Shown: piece after piece, positions 12,817 to 26,583 of the stretch
Numbering within the stretch: the stretch's first letter is position 1
Layout: each line of letters begins with the position of its first letter
Source of the DNA: Torpedo marmorata
Taxonomy: Eukaryota
Length of the DNA stretch: 64,000 nucleotides
Direction: 5' to 3'
Assembly: GCA_977017645.1 (NCBI GenBank)
Contig: OZ360221.1
Location: 199,578,001 to 199,642,000, forward strand
Translations under genes and position numbers: made by a program
Notes under the pieces: model-generated
What the model was told of the DNA's origin: nothing
What the model saw: the letters and a program-made list of their open reading frames with translations, nothing else
The model's database searches: none

Positions 12817-15800
12817 ATTCAGTAGTTTGTGGATATTATGATAAGAATGTCGATTTTTAATGAAACCTGTTTGATCCAAATTTATTATACTTGGTAAGTC
12901 ATTCTCCAATCGGTACGCTAAAACTTTAGATAAAATCTTAACATCCACATTGAGTAAGGAAATCGGCCTGTAAGATGCACATTCCTCTGAGTCTTTGCCT
13001 TTTTTTAAGATCACTGAAATAGCTGCTTTGTTAAAAGAAGGGGGTAATTTTCCTTCTTGGATAGATTCATTTAATACCAAGTTAAGTGTGGGACTAGTTG
13101 TTTGGAAAAAGTTTTGTAAAACTCCACAGGATAACCATCAGGCCCCGGAGCTTTATTTGATTGTAATGAGAATACTGCTTTATGCAATTCTTCTTGTGAT
13201 ATTGGAGCTTCTAGAAGTTCTTTATTTTCCCGAGAAATTATCGGTATATTCAAATGGTCTAAAAATTCATTCATTAAATCGTATTGGTTATTAAATTCAG
13301 AGGAATATAAATTAGTGTAAAAATCCTTAAAAACATTGTTTATTTTGGAATGATCAGTAGTAATAGTGTCATCGGGAAGACGTATCTTGTTAATTTTCTT
13401 ACTAGCCGACGTAGCTTTCAATTGATTAGCCAGCAGTTTACCGGACTTCCCTCCATGGATATAAAATTGACCTTTAGTTCATAAAATCCATTGTTCAATT
13501 GGGTATATGGAAAGAAGGTCAAATTTAGATTTTAGTTCAATTCTTCTTCTAAATAGCTCCGAGTCACTATTATGGGCAAATTGTAGATCAATTTGTTTAA
13601 TTTGATTAATCAAATCTAATCTTTCTTCCCTGGTCCTTTTGTTTTTATTGGCCGCATAAGAAATGATTTGGCCACGTAAATAGGCTTTCATAGTATCCGA
13701 AACCACTACATTTGAGACATCTGGGGTTGAGTTGACCTCAAAGAAGAATTGGATCTGGTTCTCTAAAAAATTCAAAAACTCTTTATTATTAAGTAATAGG
13801 GTATTAAGCCGCCACTGTTTTTTAATACTTAGAGTACTTGGGAATTCCAAACTTAAAGAGACTGGAGCATGATCTGAAATGACTATACTTTGACTAAATT
13901 ACAATTTAATCATAAAGGCATGATATCTGCTTTATATTATGTTATTGAATATGAAAACAATCTCTTTAAATGGGATTAAAAGAGAATGGGAGAATGATTT
14001 GAATATCTCTTTTTCAGAAGAAGAATGGACTTCAATTTTGGGCCTGCTTTACGATTCTTCATTGTGCACTAGGCATAGTCTTATTCAATTCAAAGTGGTA
14101 CATCATGTACATTTCTCTAAAGTTAAACTTGCTCGAATATATTCTGATATTAATCCACTTTGTGATAAATGTAAAAGATTTGATGCCTCTTTGTTACATA
14201 TGTTTTGGACATGCCCTAATTTACAAAAATACTGGACTCAGATTTTTAGAACTTTTTCAAATATTTTTAGGATCATTTTAGATCCTTGTCCAGTAATTGC
14301 ACTATTTGGTTTTTCTAAATATGTAAATACTAATCTATCTTCTAATCAAAGACAGGTTTTAGCATTCTCCATGTTATTAGCAAGAAGAGCAATTTTGTTA
14401 AAATGGAAAGACGAGTTCCCACCTACACATAATCAATGGTTATTAGATATTATGTCTTTTTTAAATTTGGAGAAAATCAGGCACAATGTTTCGAAAATCA
14501 AGGTTTCTTTTGATAAGACTTGGGGTCCATTTATAGCTCAACTTCCATAATTTGATTAATTAGGTGCGATGATGATTGTCACTGGATGTGCTTGTTTGGA
14601 TCCCCTGAGGTCGTTTGTTTGGACTTATCACTACTTACATTAAGAATTTTAACCTTGATTGCTGTGGGTTAGAATTTTTTTTTCTTTTTTCTTTACTTCT
14701 CATTTTCTTTTACATATTTCTTTTTTTTTTCTTCTTTGTTAGACTTTATTGTAATATTAGGTTTTTTAAATATTTTTTAAAATATTTTATTTAAAATTTT
14801 AAATCACACAATACACGTATAAAATGAAAAATTATCAAAATACATATGATATATTTTCTCCCCTCAGCCTCCCTCACCACCCTAACCCTCCCACCCCTAC
14901 TAATCTATAAAATAGAAAATAAAGAAAGAAAAATATATAAGGAGAATGTCAATCTGAAAAAAAGAACAACTATAAACTAATTTTATTGTGGAAAATAGGA
15001 TCACCAGTCAGATCTGATATCCAGAGATCTTCAAATCCTTAAACCAACTGTTTTTATATATGGGCTCCATGTTTTCAAAAAGAAATGATATTTATTACAT
15101 AAATTGTAAGTAATTTTTTCAAGTGGTATACATGAACGAAGTTCTGCATGCCATCTTTCTAACCCTAAGTCTACATCAGATTTCCAAGTAATAGCAATAC
15201 ATTTCTTAGAAACAGCTAAAGCAATTCGCAAAAATTCTATTTGATACATATTTAATTTCATCTTAGTACTAATTCTTTTAATATCTCCAAATAAAAATAT
15301 CATAGGATCCATTGGGAGTATAATTCTTAATACTTTATCTAAAAACTTCTTAACTTTCAACCAAAAATCATATATCTTTGGACAAAGCCATGTGGAATGT
15401 ATAAAAGAACCTTCCTCTCTGTTACATCTAAAACATAAACCAGATAGTGTCAGATTAAATTTCTTTAATTTTTTAGGTGTTAAATATAAATTATATTGCA
15501 CTAGTCTATATCTGACATTAATAATCTTAGTCATACTTAATTTACATAATTCTTTCCAATGTTCTTCATCTATTAATACATTCAAATCTGATTCCCATTT
15601 TAATCTTGATTTGTGAATTCCTACTTTAGGCATTTTTCTCTGTAATAATCTATACAGTTGAGAAATAAATTTATTTACACCTCCATTAGTAACTAATAAT
15701 TCCAGTTCACTTTGTCTTGGTAAAGTCAAACTATAACCCAACCTTTTAACAATTGAATACAATTGAATGTTTTATTGAAAGAATATGGGGAGATATCTGG

Positions 15801-16801
15801 TTATAAGATTAATTCTGATAAAAGTGAAATTATGGCACTAACACAAGGGGATTATAGTAAATGTAAAGAAATTACACAATTTAAATGGTCAAACGAAGGA
15901 ATTAAATATTTGGGAATAAAGACAGACACAAAATTAGTTAATTTATATAAATTAAATTATATACCATTATTTATGAAAATTAAAAAAGATTTAGAAAGTT
16001 GGAAGGATTTACCTATAACTTTAATAGGAAGGGTAAATTGTATTAAAATGAATGTCTTTCCAAGAATTCAATATCTTTTTCAATCAATTCCTTATGAAAT
16101 TCCTCAGAAATTCTTTAAAGATTTAAATTTAATTATTAGGAAGTTTTTGTGGAAAGGAAAGTTGGCTAGAGTAGCTATGGAGAAATTAACTTGGAATTAT
16201 GAATTGGGTGGTTTACAACTTCCCAATTTTCAAAATTATTATAAAGCAGCTCAATTAAGATTTATTAATGAAATGTTTGATTCAGGAAAATATTCTGCTT
16301 GGATTCGAATAGAATTAAATAATATAGGAGAAGATTTGAAAGAAGAAGTTATTTATAAATGGAATTCTAAATTAGTACTAACAAGAGGGAAAAATTCTCC
16401 TATTTTTAAACATTTGTTAGAAATATGGAATAGAGTGGATAAGGAGATAGGAGGGAAAGGGTTAATTTCGCGAAGAATGCCTTTATACCAAAATAAACTT
16501 ATTCCATTTACTGTCGATAATCAATTATTTAAAATTTGGTTTCAAAAGGGAATTAAGAAAATAAATGATTGTTTTGAAGCTGGTAAATTTATTACTTTTC
16601 AAAGAATGAAAGATAAGTTTAATGTATTAAATAATACATTTTTTGCTTATTATCAAATCAGAGTAATATTAGGTTTTGTGCTATTGTACTTCTCAATTTT
16701 TACATATGATCATTATTGTAACATTTTTTATTAGTTCTGTAGAACATGTATTGTTCTTTTTTTTTTCTATTGTATAAATATCAATAAAAATATTTTAAAG
16801 G
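12817..16801 (+). mobile_element. L1 with 5' inversion and internal deletion (host of a second L1)
   Basis: EN-end and RT-start ORFs on - (12817-13895). C-terminal ORF on + (13939-14550). 3'UTR resumes at 16678 with AATAAA near 16783. TSD agaagtgaagtgtt 12803-12816 vs agaagcgaagtgtt 16802-16815. Confidence 0.9.
14766..16662 (-). mobile_element. L1 with twin-priming 5' inversion
   Basis: 3' end on - (15031-15762) and upstream ORF2 part on + (15763-16662). 15-bp TSD gtaatattaggtttt at 14751-14765 and 16663-16677. Same subfamily as 234-3463. Confidence 0.95.
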
Positions 16802-19800
16802 AGAAGCGAAGTGTTTGTACTGTAAAATACATTTGGCCAGAAAGGAGATCAATTCTTGGTGACAGATGATCCCATGCTGTACATTTAATCCTTTCTGGTG
16901 CAGAATGGGAGTGAGATTCGATTGCAATCCCAGGGCAAGTGGCTAGGTGTGCATCGACTGTCAAATTCTGCCTTAAGTGACTTATCAGCAGAAGCCACAA
17001 TAGTTACTGCTCCAATTCTCACTCCTGTGCTAAGCAACATCAGGGCTCTGATCTGTCCTTTACTGGGGCCACATCACTGCACCGCGTGTGCTGCTGTGAC
17101 CCTATGGATAGCTGGGAGAGTGAGGTGCTGGAAAGGACAGTACATCTCACTGGTCTGTACCCCCACCCCATCTCTGATTTGAACCTCACTGTCCTTATAA
17201 ATGAGACAGAGAGCAGAAGGGTTGTCTTCCATGCTAGGGCACCCACAGCAAGAGTAAAGAGAAACTAATAGCTGAGGTGACCTCCAGGAGTGAATTACTA
17301 TAGCTGGGTGCAGTGACACAAAATATTCCATGACCTTGTATTTCTATCACTTTGAACTGTGACTCTCTCATGCTGCATACAAATAAGATGCATCTACTAC
17401 AATTTGACCTAAAGTCCCAAGTGTGAAACAACTTAAAGAGGTCCCTCCACTACTAGACTGGAGGAAATAGTTCTCCTGACAATTCAACTCAGATGGTAAA
17501 ACCTGCTAAAAGTGAGGATAAGAATCCATGGACACATGGTGACTCTGAGGGGACTCTCTTTTGCTTCTCTTTCTCTGACTGTAAGAGGCACTTCAGGCAA
17601 TTTCTGCCAATGGCGAATCTGTCTGCCTTACAGCAGGCAAAAACAAATTTTGTGTAATATTGCACTGTCTTTATTACATGACAATAAATTGAATCATGAA
17701 GATGGATATTTGAGTCCCCACTGCACTTTATCATACATTGTTGGGGCACAGTGGTGCAGCTTGTACAGCCACTATCTCATAGCGCCACACACCCGGGTAC
17801 AATCCCGATATCTGATGCTGTCTGTAAGGAGTTTGTAGGTTCTCCCTGTGACCACCTGGGTTTTCTTCAGGTGCTCCACTTTCCAAGGATGTAGGGTTGG
17901 TAGGTTAACGGGCCTCTGTAAATAATTGCCACCCCCCCCCCCCCGTATAGGCGAGTGGTAGAATCTAGGGGAGATGATAAGAATGTGAGGATATCAAAGA
18001 AATGGGATTGATGTATAATACAAATAAATGGGTGTTGAAGGTCGATGTGGATTTGGTTTGTTTCCATCCAGTGTCTCTATGAAGTACTGAGATTGATAGC
18101 AGAATGCAGAGAATACTCCTGAGTTTAAGAGATTTTAAATTAAATCGCCTGTGCTTTGTTCATAAAGCACAGGCAACCAAGGAATGCTGCCATGGTTAGC
18201 CTTGTGGAAGTGTGCTGCAAATTTCACTGCGGAAAATGTTTAATGTTTTCAGGAGCAACCGTAGATGAGATCTCCTGCACTTTACGTGTAGAGTTGGAGT
18301 TAGGCATAAATCTCTCACTATTGGGCCTTGATAATGAGCAGTTAAAGCAGGTGTCAAGAGAGTGAACCACCATTACCACCTCCCAGTTTCAGTTTCCAAA
18401 CCTGTGGAGCAGAGACTGATCCAAACTATGCACAACGTGGAACAACTAACATCAGGTGAAGCAATTGACTTGCATGAGAAATACTCATTGTTCTTCTACC
18501 AACAACAGCATGTAATCCTTTATATCTACCTGAAGAGGTCCATGATCCTTATGATGGACTGCTTAAGCAATAAGAATTCAAAAAGAAAATAAAAGGGAAC
18601 TAAAATCATCATAAACAAGGAGTCAACAGCAGAGCAAGGAAGGGAGGAAGGCAGCGTTGGGTTCGATGTTCTCATCAGCAGAACTCACTATCTAGTGTGG
18701 ATATATGACCTATCCCTATCAAATCACGAGATATTCATGATTTATTAATCAGGCTGAGCAGCAAAGCTCTGCAACATGACGCAGCATATATTATCATATT
18801 TAGTCTTGTGATATGGATTCATGAATTGAAGGATTAATGTGAAAGAAAAATTTATGAAGATTATTAGAATAATGGATTCAACTATGTGAAGAACATTTTA
18901 TTGTCAGTGTAGTCTCTGAAATATGCAATTTCAAATAGCGTCAACCGAGAAAAGATCACACGCCGGCGATTCCTGCTAAATGTGCTACCTAACCTGCTGT
19001 GTATTTCCAATATTTTCTGCTTTTAATGTCAGGTTTCCAGCTCATATAGTATTTTGCTTTAGCATTAATATTTTCATGAATATTTTTACCCCATGATGAA
19101 GCGATATTTGAACCTGACCACATCCTGGCTGTAATGAAGAAGAAATCTGCTCCAGAACTAGCGATTACCTATTACAATGACAGCAATCCAGCATGTGGAA
19201 AATTGCACAGATTTACACTATTCATTAAAAAAGGAAAAACCCGAACTAATAAGTTTTGGATTCAGCAAGCTTCTATCGAGTATTAAAGTAAAAGGTGTTG
19301 CCAGTGTATTCAAGAGGCATGTAATTAACCAATGACCTGGTCATTCCTGCTCAATTTGGGTTCTGCCAGGAACAGCTGGCTCCAGCACTAATTACAGCCT
19401 GGGTCCAATCATGGCCAAAAGAGCCACATGCGAACTGGGTATAAATGTCATTGCTATGAATGAGTCTGGATATAATAAAAATCAGGAAAATCACTCTACT
19501 GGCTGGAGACATCATTAGTTGAATATTAATCAGCTGAACTTCCAGGCATGCCTGCAGGAATTTCTTGGAGCAATGCCCTGGCTTTGACATCATCTGCTGC
19601 TCCACCGTTGACTTTCCCTTCGGCACAAGGTCAGAAACAGGGATGGTCATTCATGGAGAAACAGAAACTGCAGATGCTGGAATATTGAACAAAGAATGAG
19701 CTGCTGGAGGAACTCAGTGGGTCAGGCAGCATCCGTGGGTAGAACGTGTCAGTGAACAATTTGGGTCGGGGTCCTTTGTCGAGAATAAAATAGGGGTGGT

Positions 19801-20394
19801 ATATATATAAAATCACCCCCTTTTTTACTTTAATCTTAATAAATGGTCTGCACCCAAAACGGTAACTGATCATTTCTACCCATGGATGCTGCCTGACCCA
19901 TTGAGTTCCTCTAGCAGCTCATTGTACATATACTGTACATTCATGGAACATACACAGTTCAGTTGCATTTGTCATATACTTGGCACTGAAGAATACCATG
20001 TGTGTGCTCAGCAAAAAGTTAGCAACACCCAGATTTTGGCTGAAATGTAACTTTTATGCCAAGCTAGTGGCAGGCAATGTCCATCTCATTCCATGTCCCT
20101 TCATATTCAACAGCATTACCATCACCATTCGATCAATATCCTGGAACAAGAAATGCAACTGAACCAACCATGCAAACAACTAGTCCTTCATTCCAAACCT
20201 TTTCACCATTGGGATGTGATTCTCTTCACTTGCAAACACAAGTACACAACTGAAATTCCAGAAACTTATAGTCTACGGGAAAGAAGGCCAGTTGACTTGC
20301 ACTCTTTCCCCCATCTAAAAGGATTCATTCTCTCCATTTTGACACACCTTGGCTGCAAATTGTTCCATAAATAAGATGCAATATGATAACCTGT

Positions 20395-20690
20395 CATGGA
20401 CCCTCAAGGACCCTCACCACCCAGGTCATGCCCTCTTCACACTGCTACCATCAGGGAGGAGGTACAGGAGCCTGAAGACAAACACCCAGTGGTACAAAAA
20501 TCAGCTTCTTCCCCTTTGCCATCAGATTTCTGAATGGACAATGAACTACAGAAACTATCCCACTTTCTCTTCTTTTGCACTAATTTATTTATTTTTTAAA
20601 TGTAATTTATAGAAATATTTGCACCTGTAATGCTTTTGCAAAATAACGAATTTCATTACATATTCATGACAATAAATTCTGATTCTGGCT
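20395..20690 (+). mobile_element. Rex1 3' end
   Basis: KDPHHPGHALFTLLPSGRRYRS motif and catgacaataaattctgattct tail. Confidence 0.85.
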
Positions 20691-20799
20691 CCTGTGATAC
20701 ATCTGCCAACCTCTTTACTGTCTGGAGGAAAATGGATTAGCACTGCCTACAAATTTAAGTCCATGTCATGCAGCACGTTGACTTATCTTTTTTAAATTT

Positions 20800-21050
20800 T
20801 AAATTTTTTAATTTAGACATACAGCACAGTAACAGGCCATTTCGGCCCACGAGTCCGTGCCGCCCAATTTACACCCCATTAACCTACACCCCCGGTACGT
20901 TTTGAACAGTGGGAGGAAACCAGAGCCCCCGGAGAAAACCCACGCAGACACAGGGAGAACGTACAAACTCCTTACAGACAGCACGGGATTCGAACCCCGG
21001 TCCGGTCCCGATCGCTGGCGCTGTAAAGGCATTGCGCTAACGCTAACGTT
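20800..21050 (-). mobile_element. Young tRNA-derived V-SINE
   Basis: Reverse complement of the SINE at 23490. ggttcgaatccc B-box and V-domain. Confidence 0.88.
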
Positions 21051-21074
21051 TACAGCATTTAGGCAGTTTAACAG

Positions 21075-22325
21075 TGTGGTAACCTGCCTAAATGACTACC
21101 AACCAGTGGCACTCATATCCAGAGTGATGAAGTGTTTTGAGAGGCTGGTGTTGAAGTGTATCGCTCCTGTCTGAATGATGAGATGGATTCATTCCAATTG
21201 GCTTACCACAGCAACAAGTCTACAGCAGATACCATCTCACTGGCTCCACACAAAGCCATGGAACACTTGGACATCTCCTCCACAATTACCATCAGTACCA
21301 GAGCACTACAGGGCTGCATACTTAGCCCCCTGCTCTACTCGCTTTATACCTATGACTGTGTGGATTGGTATGACAACAACACCATCTACAAATTTGTTGA
21401 CAATACCACAGTAGTGGGTTGTATATAAAGGGGTGATGAGTCAGCATACAGGAGGGAGATTGAAAACTTGACTGTACGGTGTACAAACAACAACCTCGCA
21501 CTCAATGTCACCAAAACAAAGAGCTGATTGTGGACTTTAGGAAGAGAAAACCAGAGGTATGCGATCCAGTGATCATTGGGGGATCAGAGGTGGAGGGGGT
21601 GAGCAAATTTAAATTCCTGGGGGTCACTATCTTGGAGGACCTGTCCTGGACCCATCATATTAATGCCATCATGAAGAAAGCACATCAGTGCCTCTACTTC
21701 CTCAGGAGTTTGCGGAAGTTTGGTGTGACATCGAAAACCTTGGCAAACTTCCACAGATGTGCAGTAGAAAGTGTGCTGACTTGCTGCATCACGGCCTGGT
21801 ATGGGGCACCAATACCTTTGAGCAGAAAGCCCTGCAAAAGGCAGTGGACATAACCTAGTACATAACAGGCAAAGCTCTCCCCACCATTGAGAAAATGTAC
21901 ATGGAACGCTGCCGTCAGAGAGCAGCAGCAATCATCAAGGATCCACACCATCCAGGACATGCTCTGTTCTTGCTGCTGCCATCAAGAACGAGGTATAGGT
22001 CCCACAAGATTTGAACCACCAGGTTTAGGAACAGTTGCTACCCCTCCACTGTCAGACCCCTAAACAACAAACTCAGTCAGAGACACATTTAAGGACTCTT
22101 ACTTTGCACATTATTTATTATTTAATATTTTTTCTCTATTGCACAGATTGTTTACATTTCTTTCTTTGTTTACATTTCTCTCTTTTGTATACGTATCTTT
22201 TCTTGAGTACAGTTTTTTGTACTACCGATAAGTAGAAATTCTGCCTGGCCTGCAGGAAAAAGAATCTCAGGGTTGCATGTGATGTCATGTATTTACTCTG
22301 ACAATAAATCTGAACTTTAAACTTT
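21075..22325 (+). mobile_element. Rex1 LINE RT and 3' end, internally deleted
   Basis: CLNDYQPVAL..MKCFERL, QGCILSPLLYSLYTYDC and FKFLGVTI motifs; gacaataaatctgaacttt tail. Confidence 0.92.
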
Positions 22326-22701
22326 AACTGCTGAGTTAAATCTCAATACCTCATCTTTGCTGGAAGTAAATTTATAACCCAAGCTACAATGATTCAAAAT
22401 GACAGCCCACTCCTAGTTCAAGTGTAATTAGGATGGGACAATAAATGCAGAAGATGCAATTACGGTATCTACAAAACATGAACTTGAAATATCTATTTTT
22501 GGAATTAATCAGAGCTTGCTGTTTCTGGTAACAGTTGTAACAGTTCAGCAGTGAAGTGGTCACACTGTTGTGACCTTTGAAGTCAAATGAACTTCAACTA
22601 CAGTATGTATTTTTGTAGGACACAAGGTATCAAATTTTAAACCTTGTCTTTATTCATTATTGAAGCTTCACTTTGAACTGAGCGCAACGTTAATCCTGAA
22701 A

Positions 22702-23338
22702 CAGGTGCCTAACCTTTTATCTGGAATTCCGAAAACCGGAAACCTCCGAAAACCAAACTTTTTGTCATGGATGTCATGTGCTCACCAAACATGACCCGAC
22801 GCAACCTACACTTAACTCACGCTTGAAAATCCCGTGTTGGTCCGCGTCGGTAGTTAGTGGAATGTCGGCCTCCCGGCAGCAGCGAAAACATCATACAGGT
22901 ACGGATGCCGCTGCAACCCCCCCCCCCCCCCCTTGTCCAGCGCCTCCGATTTGGAACGCATGCTCAGATTGCCATCGCTGGGGAGGGAGGGAGATTGAAG
23001 AGGGAGAGAGCGACGGAAATCTGCGCATGTGTTCCAAATCACAACGCAGGAGCGGTGCCGACGTCGGCTTCCCGGCAGGTCAGGGGCTCTTCCGGCGTCG
23101 GCGTCCCGGCTGGTCAGGAATAGGTTCGGCGTCGGCCTCCTGGCAGGGACCTCGACCAGCGTTCCAAATCACAATGGGGCCGGTGACGTCGGCCTCCCGG
23201 GTCGGCAGCAGTGGGGACGTCGGCCTCCTGGGTCGGCAGCAGCGGAGAAGTCGGCTTCTATAATTCTATAATCTGAAAAAATCCGAAATCCAAAAAGTGT
23301 CCGGTCCCAAGGTTTTCGGATAAAAGGTTAGGCACCTG
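22702..23338. mobile_element. Non-autonomous Tc1/mariner (Tigger/pogo-type) DNA transposon
   Basis: TIRs caggtgcctaaccttttatc and gataaaaggttaggcacctg. TA on the right flank, AA on the left. GC-rich interior with degenerate gtcggcctcccggcag repeats. Confidence 0.8.
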
Positions 23339-23489
23339 TACCACAGAACAGCAATAAAACAGAAAAGACTGCAAACACTTAACAGATCAGGCAGCATCTG
23401 TGGAGCTAGAAAAAGTGGTAAAGGTTTTCTATGTACCTGGATAGCTACAGCGAGATTTTCATTGCATTTGCACATTGTACTTAAGTATT

Positions 23490-23740
23490 CAAGCGATTAG
23501 CGCAACGCCTTTACAGCGCCAGCGATCGGGACCGGACCGGGATTCGAGTCCCGCGCTGTCTGTAAGGAGTTTGTACGTTCTCCCCATGTCTGCGTGTGTT
23601 TTCTCCGAGGGCTCCGGTTTCCCACCTCCGTTTAAAAACGTACCGGGGATGTAGGTTAATGGGGTGTAAATTGGGCGGCATGGATTCGTGGGCCGAAATG
23701 GCCTGTTACCGTGCTGTATGTCTAAATTTTAAAAATTAAA
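23490..23740 (+). mobile_element. Young tRNA-derived V-SINE
   Basis: gcgattagcgcaacgcctttacagcgccagcga...attcgagtccc head, V-domain and AT tail. Confidence 0.88.
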
Positions 23741-24639
23741 ATAATGGTGGTCAAAGATCTTTTGTGAGAACTACAAAACACGAAGCAGCACAATGCCAGA
23801 GGAGTTCCCTTTTGTCATCTTTCCCAAGAATGAATGACAGCTCCACGTGGATGTAAACAAAACACTCCACGTTTACAACAGCAGAAAATTCTCAGATATC
23901 TCTTAGTGATGGACAACCCTCAAGTCAGAAAGTCATAGGATCAAACCCAAGGTGGCGACTTAAGTAGGATAGTAGTGCAATCAGTACGGAGGGATTGAAT
24001 GATTGTTTGAATTGCCACATGATGGAGTTAAAGCAAAGAGTTTCCATTCAGACATTTAATTTCATTCATTTAAAAGATGCTAGCAACCAGATAAGTAACA
24101 AAAGAGAATTGAAGCCATATTGACAATTAACGAGAATCAGCAAAGTCAGTAGCTCTAATGATTATTATCATCCTCTATTTGATAGGAATGATCCAATATC
24201 CAACACTCCGTAATTGATCCCAAGCTGAATAGCCATAGGCTATCATTTGCTTTGTGCCATAGAATACCCATTACTTCTGTGGCTCACGTGAAGAGAAGGC
24301 TGCAGCGGAAGCTGAGTTTCAAACATGACAGAGGAGTGCCAGGGGGACTCACCAATAACCAATAAAGAACGATTAGGATTAGAGCAATGGGATATTAAAA
24401 GGAGCCAAAAGGAAAGGAATAGAGATTCCCCCATCACTATTGGTTACAATTCCCCTGTACCAGATTCTACATTCCCAACCTACAAGGGCAACTGCTCTCC
24501 CAATCAATTACTTTTAAACATATGTTGGGTTCCACTGACTTAACTGTGTTAAATAGTTTCCAAATATGAAGTGTGCTGTTGTATGAAGACCAAAATCAGG
24601 GGACATAGCTTCAAGATTCGGAGGAGTAGATGCCACAGT

Positions 24640-26546
24640 GGGATCTGGTTTGGAGGGGCTGAGGCGTGCAACAAGAATTGGTTGGAACGGATCGCAAAGG
24701 TTCACCAAAAATTGGGACTGTGGGCGCAGCGCTCCCTCTCGATAATGGGGAAGAACCTGGTCATCAGATGCGAGGTGCTCTCGGTACTGCTGTACGTGGC
24801 GCAGATGTGGCCCATCCCCAGCACCTCCGCCCTGGCAGTTACCAGAGTAGTTTTCTGATTCATATGGGGGTCCAAAATAGATAGGGTATGAAGGAGTGTC
24901 ATGTACAAGTTGCCAGGTATTGGGGGCAAGGGCGTACCCAAACGTGGCTTTCATCCTGATGACCACTTTCGTGTGTGGCTGCATCAGGCTGTGCGTGGAA
25001 CCTATGTACGAGGGCACCAAGTGCCGCTATGTGCTGAGGTTCTACCTGTCCCAGGTGTTGCGAAGGTTAGGCCTGGCCCCGGTACCACACAATGTCCCAG
25101 TTAGCTGGACTTTGCCACACCACCTATCCTTCGTGGAAAAGTTTTTCCAGGATGACACCTTCGACCACAAGGCTATCAGGCAGTGGTAAGCATGGAACGT
25201 CCTGCAGAAACTGAGAGAGGAGGACTTGATGGATCCAGTGGGATGGTTCCCTGAGCAGATCGTCCAGGTCATCTGGCGGAATGCCTCATCGCCAGGGCTC
25301 ACAAACAAGCACCAGGACTTGGCCTGGCTGGTGGAGAGGAGACCTCCCAGTGAGATCCTTCTTGTACAACCGGAACATCACCCTCCACGCATGTTGTCCT
25401 CGGGACTTCTGCGGTGGAGTGGAGACTGTTGCCCACCTCTTTGGTCAATGCAGATTCGCAAAGAGTGGGTGGAGAAGGATGCAGGGGTCCTTGTCACGGT
25501 TCATCCCTAGCGGCAGTGTGACAGAGGACTCTCTGATCTACGGACTGTTCCCGGGGACACACTCTGAGTCCGACATCCAGGACTGCTGGAAGACCATCAG
25601 CTTGGTGAAAGACACTCTTTGGTCTGCCCAAAGCCTGTTGGTCTTTCAGCATACTGAGATGTCGGCCCGGGAATGCTGCCTACTGGTGCATTCCAGGCTG
25701 CAGGAGTATGTGCTGAGGGACGCACTGAGGCTTGGTGCAGCCAACGCAAGGGTGCTGTGGGGAAGGACCATAGTCTAGAGCAGTGGTTTTCAAACTGCCC
25801 CCCTAGACTCACATTCCACCGTAAGCAATCCCTATGCCATAAGTGCTCTGTGATTAGTAAGGGATTGCTTAAGGTGGTATGTGAGTGGGGAAAAAAGGTT
25901 GAGAACCACTGCTCTAGACCCAATTGTTACTGAAATATTTTGCTTGAGAAAAATTGTCATTGGCCCATTTCCTTTGGAGTTATGAACCCGTGCACATAAC
26001 GAGTCAATTAGGTACGATTAAAACAGTGGTTTTCAAACCTTTTTCTTTCCACTCACATACCACCTTAAGAAATCCCTTACTAATCACAGAGCACTTATGG
26101 CATAGGGATTGCTTAAGGTGTAATGTGAGTCTAGGGGGGCAGTTTGAAAACCACTGGTCTAGAGTCCTCCCATTATCAGACGCTGAGACTGAGGGGAAGC
26201 CCCTCAACCAACAGAGGGGGGAGAAACGACAAGGTGCAACAGTGGTGGTAACAGGGTATGGAGAGAACAAATGTAACAATGTACATTGATAAGAATGTAT
26301 AGATATATGTGACATTATGAGTGTAAAAATACTTGAACTCTTTTCTTGTTTGTAAATATTTTTTTTCTAGAAAAGGTATGTCTAATGACAATTTGTAGAA
26401 ATGACAAGGTGCCACAGTGGTAGTAACGATGTATATAAAATGAATATTGATAAGAATGTATAGATATGACTGACATTATGAATGTAAAAAGTCTTGAATG
26501 GTTTTCTTGTTTTGTAATTAATTTATTGTGAATAAAGTATAAAAAA
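24640..26546 (+). mobile_element. Tx1-clade non-LTR retrotransposon, 3' part
   Basis: GIWFGG..CNKNW..GLW.QRSLS..GKNLV and ETVAHLF..C motifs. ORF ends at 25778. Duplicated 3'UTR and A-tail. 12-bp TSD agatgccacagt at 24628-24639 and 26547-26558. Confidence 0.85.
25781..26156. mobile_element. hAT-Charlie-type MITE, composite palindrome
   Basis: TIR cagtggttttcaaac. 8-bp TSD gtctagag at 25773-25780 and 26157-26164. Confidence 0.93.
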
Positions 26547-26583
26547 AGATGCCACAGTAGTGGTAATTGTGTAAATAGAAATG

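Noticed and set aside
22778-23271. GC-rich ORFs as a host gene
   Set aside because: They lie within the TIR-bounded MITE and reflect low stop-codon frequency.
23490-23560. tRNA gene
   Set aside because: The A/B boxes belong to a multi-copy SINE head followed by a V-domain; no full cloverleaf.
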